Below, piece after piece: positions 19,972 to 29,720 of a stretch of DNA of 61,925 nt. Numbering within the stretch: position 1 is the stretch's first letter; each line of letters begins with the position of its first letter. The notes below the pieces were generated by a model. That model did no database searches. It was not told the DNA's origin and saw only the letters and a list, made by a program, of their open reading frames with translations. The position numbers and the translations under genes were made by a program. Source of the DNA: Opitutia bacterium (GTDB taxonomy: Bacteria > Verrucomicrobiota > Verrucomicrobiia > Opitutales > Seribacteraceae); contig PBSV01000006.1 of the NCBI GenBank assembly GCA_002726435.1, positions 19,531 through 81,455 on the forward strand, read 5' to 3'.

Positions 19972-22182
19972 ATGATTCCGTTGAAGTTTAATTCTTTTTT
20001 ACTTTGCTTTTCGATTTTGGTGGCTGCCGGGAGCAATAAAAAACCGAATATCATTCTGTTCATGGCTGATGACATGGGAATAGGAGACACCAGTGCATAC
20101 TTAGGAATCAAATTGGTACCGGGGGCCAAGACCATAAGCAAAACCCTCAGGACTCCAAACCTCGAAAAATTTGCTCAGAAAGGAATGATCTTCACGGATG
20201 CTCATGCTCCAGCCTCGATGTGCAGTTCGACTCGCTATTCCCTTCTTACCGGAAGACTTTCCCACCGTTCGTACCTCAAGGGTCAGGGCTGGCTTCCACA
20301 CGGCCCAAACCGGCCAATGATACAGCGAGCATTGACCACTCTTCCAGAAATGCTTCAAAGAAATGGCTATCACACTTCCGCAATCGGTAAGTATCATGTA
20401 GGCATGGATTTTGACGACGGGCAAGGCAAGCCGGCCAATGAGTTTGACCACAAGGATGTAGATTTTGAAAAACCAATTCTCGATGGTCCCACCCACCATG
20501 GTTTCGATGAATTTTTCGGAGTTCCGGGAAACACCGAAGACTCGCTTGATACAGAACCAAGGATTTACATTCGAAACGACAGGTGGACTTTCACTGATCG
20601 ATCGAGAATGGAATGGACCGGAATGAAAGATCGCGTCGGGCAGATTCTTTCTGCTCCCGATTGGAATTTGGCAAAACTAGGACCTGACTATTTACATGAA
20701 GGGGTAGAGTTTCTTGAAAGACAGAAAGACTCTACAACACCGTTTTTTCTCTACTACGCTCCCAATTCCAATCATTTTCAAAGAAACCAATCGGGAGACT
20801 ACGCGGTTCCGCAATCAATTCAAGGAATAGAAATCAAGGGTAAGAGCTTGTACAGCGACGGCACAAAGGGAGGAGAACGGGATGACATGGTGCTCGAAAA
20901 TGACGTTGCCTTTGGGATTCTCCTCAAAACCCTCAGTGAAATAGAGGACTCACGCAATCCGGGAGAAAAATTAATCGATAATACCCTCGTTATTTTTACC
21001 AGTGACAATGGACCGAATGTGGGAGACAACAATGGAATTAATGATGAAAGCGGAGGACTGAGAGGCAAAAAGGCCAAGCTTTGGGAAGGAGGTCATCGTG
21101 TACCATTCATGGTTTACTGGAAAGGACATTTTGAAGAAAAAGGAGTGAATCGAAACCTGTTTTGCCTGACTGACTTATTTTCTACTTTTGCCCGCATCGT
21201 CGGAGACAATCTTTTTCCCACGGAAGCTCAAGACAGCCTGGATTCACTAGATTATTGGAAAGACCCTAAAAAGACTGATTCACGGCCGCGATATTTCTTT
21301 TGTCATCTCGGTCCTCCCTACGAGAATGATGCCATTGCAATAAGACAAAAATCAAAAAAAGTAATTGTCCAGGGTGGATTGGCTCAACCATGGACGAAAG
21401 AAGGGTCAAGAGGATCAATTCAATCCTTGGTAACCTACGACCTTGATCGCGATCCCTATGAGCAAATTGATTTTTCCGAAAATAAGGAAGATGTCAGGAC
21501 TAATGAAATGGTCGCAGAATTACTAAAAATTCATAACCAAGGATTTTCACGAAACCTCAATCTACCTTTAAGCCAAAGTCTTATCCTTGAAGACGGATGG
21601 CATAATTTACGAAACGACCTGACTGGTTCCATCGGTTACGAGTTTGAACTACTTCAAGATCAAGTGGTCACTCATCTGGGCATGTGGGTCGACCATGACC
21701 GTGAACTACCGGTTCGTTCCGCAAGGGGTATCCCCAACGAAAAAGAATCAGACCAACCAAGTCGTACAGGCAAGCAACCCAGGACGATAAAAGGTCCCCA
21801 TGTAATTTCGCTGTACAAAATCACTGATCAGAATTGTACACCAATTGTTAATGTTACAATGAATCCGGGCACCACTGGAGATTTAGTTGGCGAGTTCCGT
21901 TACTTGAGATTAGAAAAACCAATATCAATTAAGAAAAATTCCAAATTTCTTCTCACCATGTCCACCACCGCGGGAGATGGTGATTATTTTCATGACCCCG
22001 TCTCATTCGACGGACTCTCTCCTCTGATTAATTCAACAGTAAAGATTATCAGGAGTTGCCTCTTTAAAAGTGGGCAAATGAACGAATCACTCGCAATTCC
22101 CGCTTTTGAGGACCTCCATCCAAACTACCATAAATTTCGCATTCCGGTTGGACCCACTTTGAGGTTTCAACCTCTTCATTGA
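19972..22182 (+). CDS. Formylglycine-dependent (S1) sulfatase with C-terminal extra domain
   Basis: PNIILFMADDMGIGD, CSSTRYSLLTG, GKYHVG, FTSDNG, RGKKAKLWEGGHRVP. Confidence 0.92.
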   Translation: MIPLKFNSFLLCFSILVAAGSNKKPNIILFMADDMGIGDTSAYLGIKLVPGAKTISKTLRTPNLEKFAQKGMIFTDAHAPASMCSSTRYSLLTGRLSHRSYLKGQGWLPHGPNRPMIQRALTTLPEMLQRNGYHTSAIGKYHVGMDFDDGQGKPANEFDHKDVDFEKPILDGPTHHGFDEFFGVPGNTEDSLDTEPRIYIRNDRWTFTDRSRMEWTGMKDRVGQILSAPDWNLAKLGPDYLHEGVEFLERQKDSTTPFFLYYAPNSNHFQRNQSGDYAVPQSIQGIEIKGKSLYSDGTKGGERDDMVLENDVAFGILLKTLSEIEDSRNPGEKLIDNTLVIFTSDNGPNVGDNNGINDESGGLRGKKAKLWEGGHRVPFMVYWKGHFEEKGVNRNLFCLTDLFSTFARIVGDNLFPTEAQDSLDSLDYWKDPKKTDSRPRYFFCHLGPPYENDAIAIRQKSKKVIVQGGLAQPWTKEGSRGSIQSLVTYDLDRDPYEQIDFSENKEDVRTNEMVAELLKIHNQGFSRNLNLPLSQSLILEDGWHNLRNDLTGSIGYEFELLQDQVVTHLGMWVDHDRELPVRSARGIPNEKESDQPSRTGKQPRTIKGPHVISLYKITDQNCTPIVNVTMNPGTTGDLVGEFRYLRLEKPISIKKNSKFLLTMSTTAGDGDYFHDPVSFDGLSPLINSTVKIIRSCLFKSGQMNESLAIPAFEDLHPNYHKFRIPVGPTLRFQPLH

Positions 22183-22247
22183 ATAATCTTTTTTGATATG
22201 TGAGATATGATTGATATTTGATAATTACTTCTATTTATTGCCAATAT

Positions 22248-24713
22248 ATGAAATTTAAGCCCTCTTTCATTTTCATCCTTGCAAGCAGCTTTACCACCTG
22301 CCTGTGCCATGCATCGATCAAGCCAGTCCCCTTTCACAGGGTAGAAATGACCAGCGACTTTTGGCGTCCCCGTCTCATTACCCAAAGAAAAGTACTGGTT
22401 CCTTTTGCATTTGAGAAAACCGAGCCTGGGGTTGCCCACTTGCAGGCGGCGGCTGATTATCTGGCCGGTAAAAAGGTAGAGGGTCACCGACCGCACCGTT
22501 TCATTGATTCTGATCTGTACAAAGTCATGGAAGGAGCTGCTTACCTGGCCCAGTTACAGGATGACCCCGAACTTGAGTCTCAATTCGACCGCATTGTAGA
22601 TGTAATTGCAGCTGCCCAAGAACCAGATGGTTATCTCTATCCCTCGCACACTACCAAGGTTGGTTCTGATAAAAATATGATGGGCAACAAGCCCTACACA
22701 TTTGTAGTGCACAGTCACGAGCTCTACAATATGGGCCACCTTTACGAGGCTGCTGTTGCTTATTTTCAGGCTACAGGAAAAGACAAACTCTTAAAAGTAG
22801 CCGAAAAAAATGCTCTTCATGTTAACCGAGTGTTTTTTGAAGGCGATCCCAACTACAACGATGGGAAACCAATTCGGCAGGCCCCCGGTCATCAGGAAAT
22901 GGAATTGGCCTTGGTGAAGTTATCGAATGTTACTGGTAATAAACTTTACATCGAAATGGCGGAGAAATTTCTCGAAATACGGGGTAAGACTTATGTTCCC
23001 GATGGAGAAGGGGTCATGTCTCCCACTTACGCCCAACAACATGCGCCTCTTGAGAGTCAAAGCGAAGCGGTCGGGCATGCCGTTCGGGCAACTTACTTGT
23101 ACGCGGCAATGGCTGACATTGCCGCGTTAAAACAAAAGAATTCTTACACCGATGCTTTGCATCGAATTTGGGCAAATATAACTGATACCAGAATGCATAT
23201 AACCGGTGGTCTGGGTGCGGTTCACGGGATTGAGGGCTTTGGTCCAGAGTATCTCCTACCCAATGCTGATGCGTTTAACGAAACCTGTGCCGCTGTGGGA
23301 AATGTACTTTTCAATTTTAGAATGTTCTTGGTTCATAAAGACGCAAAATACCTTGATGTGGCTGAAGTCTCCCTGCTCAACAATGTTTTGGCAGCAGTCA
23401 ACCTCGAAGGGAACCGGTTTTTTTATGTCAACCCGCTTGAAGCGGACGGCAAGTATCCATTTAATCATGGAACAGCTGGAAGAGCTCCATGGTTTGGAAC
23501 TGCATGCTGCCCAAGTAACATGGCCCGCCTCTTGCCTCAGGTTCAAGGCATGACCTATGCCCACAATAATAAAAATCTTTATTTTGCGATGTATGCTGAC
23601 ACTTCCACGAACCTTAAAATTGACGGAACTGATTTATCAATTAATCAAACCACGGATTACCCAAACGATGGAAAGATTGTGATTTCTCTTAATCCTGAAA
23701 AACCAGCCACTTTTACTGCTCATCTTCGGATTCCAACATGGACGGGCGATCAGTTTGTACCCGGAAAACTGTATAGATATCTTAATCAATCAAAAGAAGA
23801 TTGGTCTCTTTCTGTGAACGGCTCAAAAGTTGATGCGACTATTGAAAAGGGATTTGCGACTATTGAACGCACATGGAAAAAAGGGGACCAAATTGTCCTC
23901 CACCTACCCATGCCATTAAGGATCAATGAATGTGACAGAAGAGTGGAGGAGAACAACGACCGGCTTGCCTTGTCCCGCGGACCATTTGTTTTATGTGCCG
24001 AAGAAGTTGACAATGAGGGTGCTACCCAACGCTTTTTCTTAAATGAGGAAAAAATAGCAAATAAATTTAGTCTGGCTAAAGTCAATCTTGCCAGCGGTTC
24101 CTTCTCACAGATTAAAACAATGGCCAACGCGGTCAATGCATCAGGAAAAGAAGAAGAAAGAAATCTTTCATTGATTCCCTATTATGCATGGAACAATCGA
24201 AATCCTGGATCCATGACCATTTGGTTTCCTAAAAGTTCAAAACTCGCTGTCTTTGATCCTCACAAACTTCCCAAAAAGAGTGTTTTCTCCAATATTGATG
24301 CCTCTCACACCTCCGAACTGGACACCGTCAGTGCAGTTGGCGATGGAAAAGAACCAAAATGGTCGAGTGGAAAAAGTGTTCCGCGTTGGACCAGTCGTCC
24401 ACAACTTGGAAAATCACAGTGGATCGAGGGCCATTTTTCAGAAGCCAAAAATGTCCGGGATATTGGGGTCTACTGGATGCAGGACCAACAAGATGTAAAG
24501 TTTCCCAAGGAATGGTCCTTAGAGGTCCGAAGTGAAGGAAAATGGAAACCTTTCGAATTGTATGTCACAGACCGCTATGATAATCGGGCAAATCAGTACA
24601 ATGTTGTTCATCCCGCCGCCCCACTCACTTGCGACGCCATCCGAATAAATATGGTCCCGCAACCAAATGCTGCTGTTGGGATTTTAGAGGTGCAGGTAGC
24701 CTTTGAAAAATAG
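22248..24713 (+). CDS. GH127-family glycoside hydrolase (beta-L-arabinofuranosidase-like) with C-terminal beta-sandwich domain
   Basis: FIDSDLYKVMEG, HELYNMGHLYEA, PGHQE, GHAVRA, ETCAAVG, ACCPSN; ATG 22248 begins a signal peptide. Confidence 0.93.
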   Translation: MKFKPSFIFILASSFTTCLCHASIKPVPFHRVEMTSDFWRPRLITQRKVLVPFAFEKTEPGVAHLQAAADYLAGKKVEGHRPHRFIDSDLYKVMEGAAYLAQLQDDPELESQFDRIVDVIAAAQEPDGYLYPSHTTKVGSDKNMMGNKPYTFVVHSHELYNMGHLYEAAVAYFQATGKDKLLKVAEKNALHVNRVFFEGDPNYNDGKPIRQAPGHQEMELALVKLSNVTGNKLYIEMAEKFLEIRGKTYVPDGEGVMSPTYAQQHAPLESQSEAVGHAVRATYLYAAMADIAALKQKNSYTDALHRIWANITDTRMHITGGLGAVHGIEGFGPEYLLPNADAFNETCAAVGNVLFNFRMFLVHKDAKYLDVAEVSLLNNVLAAVNLEGNRFFYVNPLEADGKYPFNHGTAGRAPWFGTACCPSNMARLLPQVQGMTYAHNNKNLYFAMYADTSTNLKIDGTDLSINQTTDYPNDGKIVISLNPEKPATFTAHLRIPTWTGDQFVPGKLYRYLNQSKEDWSLSVNGSKVDATIEKGFATIERTWKKGDQIVLHLPMPLRINECDRRVEENNDRLALSRGPFVLCAEEVDNEGATQRFFLNEEKIANKFSLAKVNLASGSFSQIKTMANAVNASGKEEERNLSLIPYYAWNNRNPGSMTIWFPKSSKLAVFDPHKLPKKSVFSNIDASHTSELDTVSAVGDGKEPKWSSGKSVPRWTSRPQLGKSQWIEGHFSEAKNVRDIGVYWMQDQQDVKFPKEWSLEVRSEGKWKPFELYVTDRYDNRANQYNVVHPAAPLTCDAIRINMVPQPNAAVGILEVQVAFEK

Positions 24714-24735
24714 AACTTATTTTCGAATATAAGGC

Positions 24736-27069
24736 ATGATCTTTAGGTCACCTCTTGCCCGACTCATTCTCTCCTGCTGGGCTTTTGTTTCATTCTGTCC
24801 AAATATATTCGCTAAGGAAGTCTTACTTTGCGAAAAACTTGAACAGTCAATTCAAGGCAGAAAACATGGATTTCTTGCCGGCAACCTCGCCTACTATGTG
24901 GGTGGCTACCATGCTAGTTGGGAATTGATGGAAGATGAAACCATTGGACTTACCCATCCTTTTTATCATGATTTGCGGAGCCGAGGAGCGGGAATTCTAG
25001 ATAGCCAATTACCAGGGAGTGAGCATACTGGTGTTGGTAACGACTACCGAGGATGGGAGTTTTACAAGGATACTCGTGTTCTTTACGGCAGTATCGTTCT
25101 TGGAGACAAGGTTCACAAACACCCAAAGCCCAACAAAATGATTTGGAGACCAGACAAAATGATTTGCGAATATGAAATTGATGGCATCCTCATTCGCGAA
25201 GAAAAATTTATCACTGCACAAGATACTGCCGCCTCAATTATCACTTCTTCACAACCCATCACTCTAAGGTTTGAGGGACATAGCTTTTATGTGCGCCACA
25301 GCGTTTCTTCCAGCGCCTCCGCTCACTATGATCCCCCAACGAACTCACTCCTTATAAAAGAGGGAGGAACAGTTCGTTCACTCCCCGATCAAGATCGGCC
25401 AGAAAGAATTGGACCCTGTGTTTATGAGGGAATGACCACTGCCCTCTCCGCTTCAGAAGACTTTTCTAAAAGCCTAAAACTAGACAAGGACAATCGAGGG
25501 GTGTGGAAATACTCATTCGAAGTCCCTTGTAACGCTGAAGGGGTTACCGTGTCCTGGTCGATGAATGACGATTATAACAAAGCTAAAAATGCTTCCCGAG
25601 ATACAGTCCTAAAAGCTTCGATATTATCTTCGGAGAAAACCTCAGAAATGAATCGTATTCTAAGCCAACAAATCCCTCAATTTCGCTGCAGTAATCCGAA
25701 ATTTGAAGAAATCTATTACTACCTATGGTCACTCTATTTGATGTATTATATTGATGTTCAAAAGGGATGGGAAATGGAAAACCATACTCAGTCCGCGGTC
25801 AATAACTTCCTCGGTATTCACCGCTATGATGCATGTTTTCAAATCAAAGTTGGTGCTTGGATAAGGGATAAAAAAAGGTTTGCCTACGGGAATGTATTAA
25901 CTTGGAAACACTTGGTTGAAAACGGCCGTTATCGCGAGACCCATGACGGTCACATTTTTCTCTCTGATAATAAGGGGATTAGCTGGCACTCCGGTGCTTA
26001 CGGTGGGGAATTAGCCGAGCATGTCCTAGGTGCCTGGCAAATTTACCAACATTCAGGTGACATCAATTTTATTCGGAATTGCTACCAAGGCTATTTTCGC
26101 AAGGTATTTTGGAAAAACATGGTTGGATTTGCGATGAATGATGCGGAGGTTGGAAGAGTCCTTGAAAAAATGGCCGTGCTTTCTGGAAACGAATCTGATG
26201 TTGATCATTGGAAAAAACTTATCAAACAAGACCCTGAACATTTAAAGCTTATGTTTGAACAACGCTGGGAAGCCAACGGGCATAAAAATTATTTCATGGG
26301 TGGTAGGGATGGTATGTTGATGACCACTGCTTTTTGGTCCATGCGGTCGAAGCACTTTCCAAGAAAATATGCGGAAAGAATGATTCATTCCTGGGCCTTG
26401 AACAAAGAAAAAGGATTCTTTGGTCAATTCTTTCCTTTGGCGATGGCAAAAAAGTCCATGGATATTTTTTACTCAGCGGACGATCACTCATTCGGCTACA
26501 CACCGGATACTGCTTACTTTACTCTGGACGGAATATTTCGTCAGGGATTCCCAAAAATCGCCTCCGACCTGACTCTGAACCACTTGGAGAACTACAACTA
26601 TCACGACGGATGGGGAATTCCAGTTGCGCCAGAAGCTTATCGTCGGGACCTTGCCCTATTTGGCGATCAATATTCCAATTTTAATGCCGGCAAAATCCTT
26701 CTTTTTCTTGAAGGCTTTGCCGGAATATCTTATTCAATACCGGACAATATATTTCATATTAAGGACTCCATGCCCACAAATTGGGATTGGATGGAATTCG
26801 ACATTCCCATTGGCGATCAAAATGATTGGACCAAAGTTCGATACGAAAGAAAAAAAGGGTTTTTGGGAGGACAGAAGAAATTGATTACAGTTTCAAACTG
26901 TCCCCTTCGCGTAAAGTTTGAGCCATGGTTAGATCAAGGCGAACTTAATGGTAACCCAGATTTAAATGGAGCTAATTTCATCGAGCAAAATGCTACTCAT
27001 CCGAACTATTTGGCTTTTTTCGCTGATCAAAAATCATCCAGGTGTTCAATTAGTCTTTCCTTTAAATGA
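24736..27069 (+). CDS. Secreted hypothetical protein, possible six-hairpin glycosidase-like enzyme
   Basis: Signal peptide; 777 aa; aromatic-rich helical core (YYYLWSLYLMYY, HRYDACFQI, AWQIYQHSGD, PEAYR); lies between GH127 and a sulfatase. Confidence 0.6.
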   Translation: MIFRSPLARLILSCWAFVSFCPNIFAKEVLLCEKLEQSIQGRKHGFLAGNLAYYVGGYHASWELMEDETIGLTHPFYHDLRSRGAGILDSQLPGSEHTGVGNDYRGWEFYKDTRVLYGSIVLGDKVHKHPKPNKMIWRPDKMICEYEIDGILIREEKFITAQDTAASIITSSQPITLRFEGHSFYVRHSVSSSASAHYDPPTNSLLIKEGGTVRSLPDQDRPERIGPCVYEGMTTALSASEDFSKSLKLDKDNRGVWKYSFEVPCNAEGVTVSWSMNDDYNKAKNASRDTVLKASILSSEKTSEMNRILSQQIPQFRCSNPKFEEIYYYLWSLYLMYYIDVQKGWEMENHTQSAVNNFLGIHRYDACFQIKVGAWIRDKKRFAYGNVLTWKHLVENGRYRETHDGHIFLSDNKGISWHSGAYGGELAEHVLGAWQIYQHSGDINFIRNCYQGYFRKVFWKNMVGFAMNDAEVGRVLEKMAVLSGNESDVDHWKKLIKQDPEHLKLMFEQRWEANGHKNYFMGGRDGMLMTTAFWSMRSKHFPRKYAERMIHSWALNKEKGFFGQFFPLAMAKKSMDIFYSADDHSFGYTPDTAYFTLDGIFRQGFPKIASDLTLNHLENYNYHDGWGIPVAPEAYRRDLALFGDQYSNFNAGKILLFLEGFAGISYSIPDNIFHIKDSMPTNWDWMEFDIPIGDQNDWTKVRYERKKGFLGGQKKLITVSNCPLRVKFEPWLDQGELNGNPDLNGANFIEQNATHPNYLAFFADQKSSRCSISLSFK

Positions 27070-29717
27070 GACTTCTATTCGCTCAATATTTTTACCTCCT
27101 CTTCTCCCTTTTTGGATTTTGCCTGCATGCTGAAAAACCAAACATTATCTTTGTGCTAGCGGACGACTTAGGCTGGGCTGAGCTCGGCTGTTACGGCAAC
27201 TCCTTTAACGAGACACCCCATCTCGATGAGCTGGCTATGCAAGGGATGCGCTTTAGCCAAGCCTACGCAGCTGCACCAGTTTGTTCACCCTATCGGGCTG
27301 CCTTGCTTACCGGTCAACATCCTGCCCGCGTTGGTATTCTCGACTACCTTCGACCCAATTCTTCCAACGCCCTTCCAGTCAGCCAAGTCACCCTACCTAA
27401 AATGCTTAAGCGAAACGGATACACCACTGGAATGGTAGGCAAGTGGCACCTCACGGGGTACAAGTATCAAGATGCTCAGTTTGAGGTAAGGCCTAATGAT
27501 CATGGATTTGATTGGAATATCGGGAGTGAAATTAAAGGCGTAGGGAATGGAGCCAATTTCTGGCCTTATATATTCCGTACCCAGCCCATTCGATGGTTGG
27601 ATATTCCTAACAATCGAATGGGGGAAAAAGAATACCTAACCGACCGCTTAAATTTGGAAGCCGTTGATTTCGTTGAAAGGAATCAGGATAAGCCTTTCTT
27701 CTTATACCTGAGCCATTATGCTCCTCACACCATTCTAAATGGCCGACCTGACCTTGTAAATAAATACCGCAAAAAACACCCTCCTGGAAAGGCTAGCAGG
27801 TCGAAATGTTATCTCTGCGATGATGCCGGTCTCACAGGAGAAGACTGTGAATATTGGGCTCAGGATCATAACCCGCACCTTGCAGCGATGCTCGAATCAA
27901 TTGACGATGGGGTTGGACTCTTAATGAAAAAGCTCGATTCACTCGGTCTTTCTGAAAATACCATTTTTATTTTTTCCAGCGACAACGGAGGAGAGACAAA
28001 TGTCACTTCCAACGATCCACTTCGTGGCGGAAAAAGTCAGTTATATGAGGGCGGAATCCGGGTTCCACTGATCATTCGCTGGCCCGGCGGAAATATTCCA
28101 TCGGGGGTTACCTGTTTCCAACCCGTGGTTAATCATGATTTCTATCCCACTCTTCTGGAAGCGGCAGATATCGAACCTGATCCCAAGCAAAGACTGGATG
28201 GGATCTCGAATCTAGCCACTTGGCGGAATGCCTCTTCAGTTGTCTCGAGGGATTCCCTTTATTGGCACTACCCCCTTGACAAACCGCACTTTCTTGGAGG
28301 GGTATCAAGTGGAGCCATCCGAAGTGGAGATTGGAAATTAATTGAATTCTTTGACCCTGCAAGAACTGATAAATTTGAACTTTTTAATCTAAAAAATGAC
28401 CCCTCAGAAAAAAAGAACCTGGCAGTGTCAAAATCAAAAGTTCTTGAGAAACTTAAGCACGACTTAAAGGTATGGCGTGAAAATATTGGGGCTCAGATTC
28501 CGTCCCGTCCCTTGCTCGTTCAGACAAGAAACTTGCTGTTCGGGGAACACTTCTCAAAAGGTCAGGTAAGTCAGAACTGGTTTTTCCAAAAAGAATGGCA
28601 GGTGGAAGAAGGGGTTCTTGTACGCAATAAAGTTAATGGCATCAACAAAAGAATTTTTTACAAAGATCCAAACTTTCAGGATGCATTAATAAGATTTGAT
28701 TTTCAGTTTAATGGAGCCGAAGACATCCGATTAGTCACTGGTTCAAATGGAAGTTACAACACGGTGGTACATATCCGCAAAGATCATTTTTTTATACAAA
28801 CCGCATACGATAGTGAAGGACCATGGTTTCCCATGCGTCATGATGAATGTGCCTATAATTTTGAAGATGAAAAGTGGTATGGCATGACCATCGAATTTAT
28901 CGATGATCAAGCGATTGCTCATCTGGATCATCAATACATGGTCTATGCACAGCACCCAGTAATTAAAAAAAATCGAAACTACTTTGCATTCCAAGTGGAT
29001 CAGTCGGGTGCTTCTTTTGACAACCTTCAGGTTTTTCAAGCTGGACCGCACCCTGAGCAGGAAAAAAATCTTTCTCTCATCAAAACTCGCATGGATCGTT
29101 TCCCACATAATAAAACGGTGCAGGAAGAACATGATATTCTCAAAAGAAACCTGCACGCCCTCTTCTTTATGAAGGACGAAAAATATCGAGATCTAATCAA
29201 CCGGGTCGAGGAATTAGACAAAGAAAAATTCGAACACTTCCCGAACGCTTTCCTCACAAACAAAGATTTTCAAAAGATGATTCAAGATATGCGGAAGGAA
29301 TTACATCAGAAAGACCCCGAATATAAAAAGATTCTATTTTCCACTTTCCGTGCAAAACAAGCCCTTGATAAATATTTAGTTGGTAAAAATCCCATTCTGT
29401 CTGATTTACCTGATGCAAAAAAAAAGGCGGTTTTGGAGGAAACACGGCACCAATACAAACACAATCCGGAATATCAGAAGCTCTTGAAAATATCTGAGGA
29501 AGCTCAACAGCATCTGGAGGAACAATACCCTCAACTTTTTGTGAGCACTGAGGAAATTTCAAAAAAACGAAAACAAGCCAGGGAGACCGTCAAAAATGAT
29601 CTGCAATTCAAGCAGATTGTGTCGGATCGAAGTGACGCACATTCAGCTAGTATTGACTATCTTTACCAAAATAATAGTAATCTTCTTCAATTAAAAAGAG
29701 TTTTGGATGAACAATAA
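27066..29717 (+). CDS. S1 sulfatase fused to a beta-sandwich domain and a charged helical C-terminus
   Basis: PNIIFVLADDLGWAE, CSPYRAALLTG, GKWHL, FSSDNGG, RGGKSQLYEGGIRVP; ~400 extra C-terminal residues. Confidence 0.92.
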   Translation: MRLLFAQYFYLLFSLFGFCLHAEKPNIIFVLADDLGWAELGCYGNSFNETPHLDELAMQGMRFSQAYAAAPVCSPYRAALLTGQHPARVGILDYLRPNSSNALPVSQVTLPKMLKRNGYTTGMVGKWHLTGYKYQDAQFEVRPNDHGFDWNIGSEIKGVGNGANFWPYIFRTQPIRWLDIPNNRMGEKEYLTDRLNLEAVDFVERNQDKPFFLYLSHYAPHTILNGRPDLVNKYRKKHPPGKASRSKCYLCDDAGLTGEDCEYWAQDHNPHLAAMLESIDDGVGLLMKKLDSLGLSENTIFIFSSDNGGETNVTSNDPLRGGKSQLYEGGIRVPLIIRWPGGNIPSGVTCFQPVVNHDFYPTLLEAADIEPDPKQRLDGISNLATWRNASSVVSRDSLYWHYPLDKPHFLGGVSSGAIRSGDWKLIEFFDPARTDKFELFNLKNDPSEKKNLAVSKSKVLEKLKHDLKVWRENIGAQIPSRPLLVQTRNLLFGEHFSKGQVSQNWFFQKEWQVEEGVLVRNKVNGINKRIFYKDPNFQDALIRFDFQFNGAEDIRLVTGSNGSYNTVVHIRKDHFFIQTAYDSEGPWFPMRHDECAYNFEDEKWYGMTIEFIDDQAIAHLDHQYMVYAQHPVIKKNRNYFAFQVDQSGASFDNLQVFQAGPHPEQEKNLSLIKTRMDRFPHNKTVQEEHDILKRNLHALFFMKDEKYRDLINRVEELDKEKFEHFPNAFLTNKDFQKMIQDMRKELHQKDPEYKKILFSTFRAKQALDKYLVGKNPILSDLPDAKKKAVLEETRHQYKHNPEYQKLLKISEEAQQHLEEQYPQLFVSTEEISKKRKQARETVKNDLQFKQIVSDRSDAHSASIDYLYQNNSNLLQLKRVLDEQ

Positions 29718-29720
29718 TCT

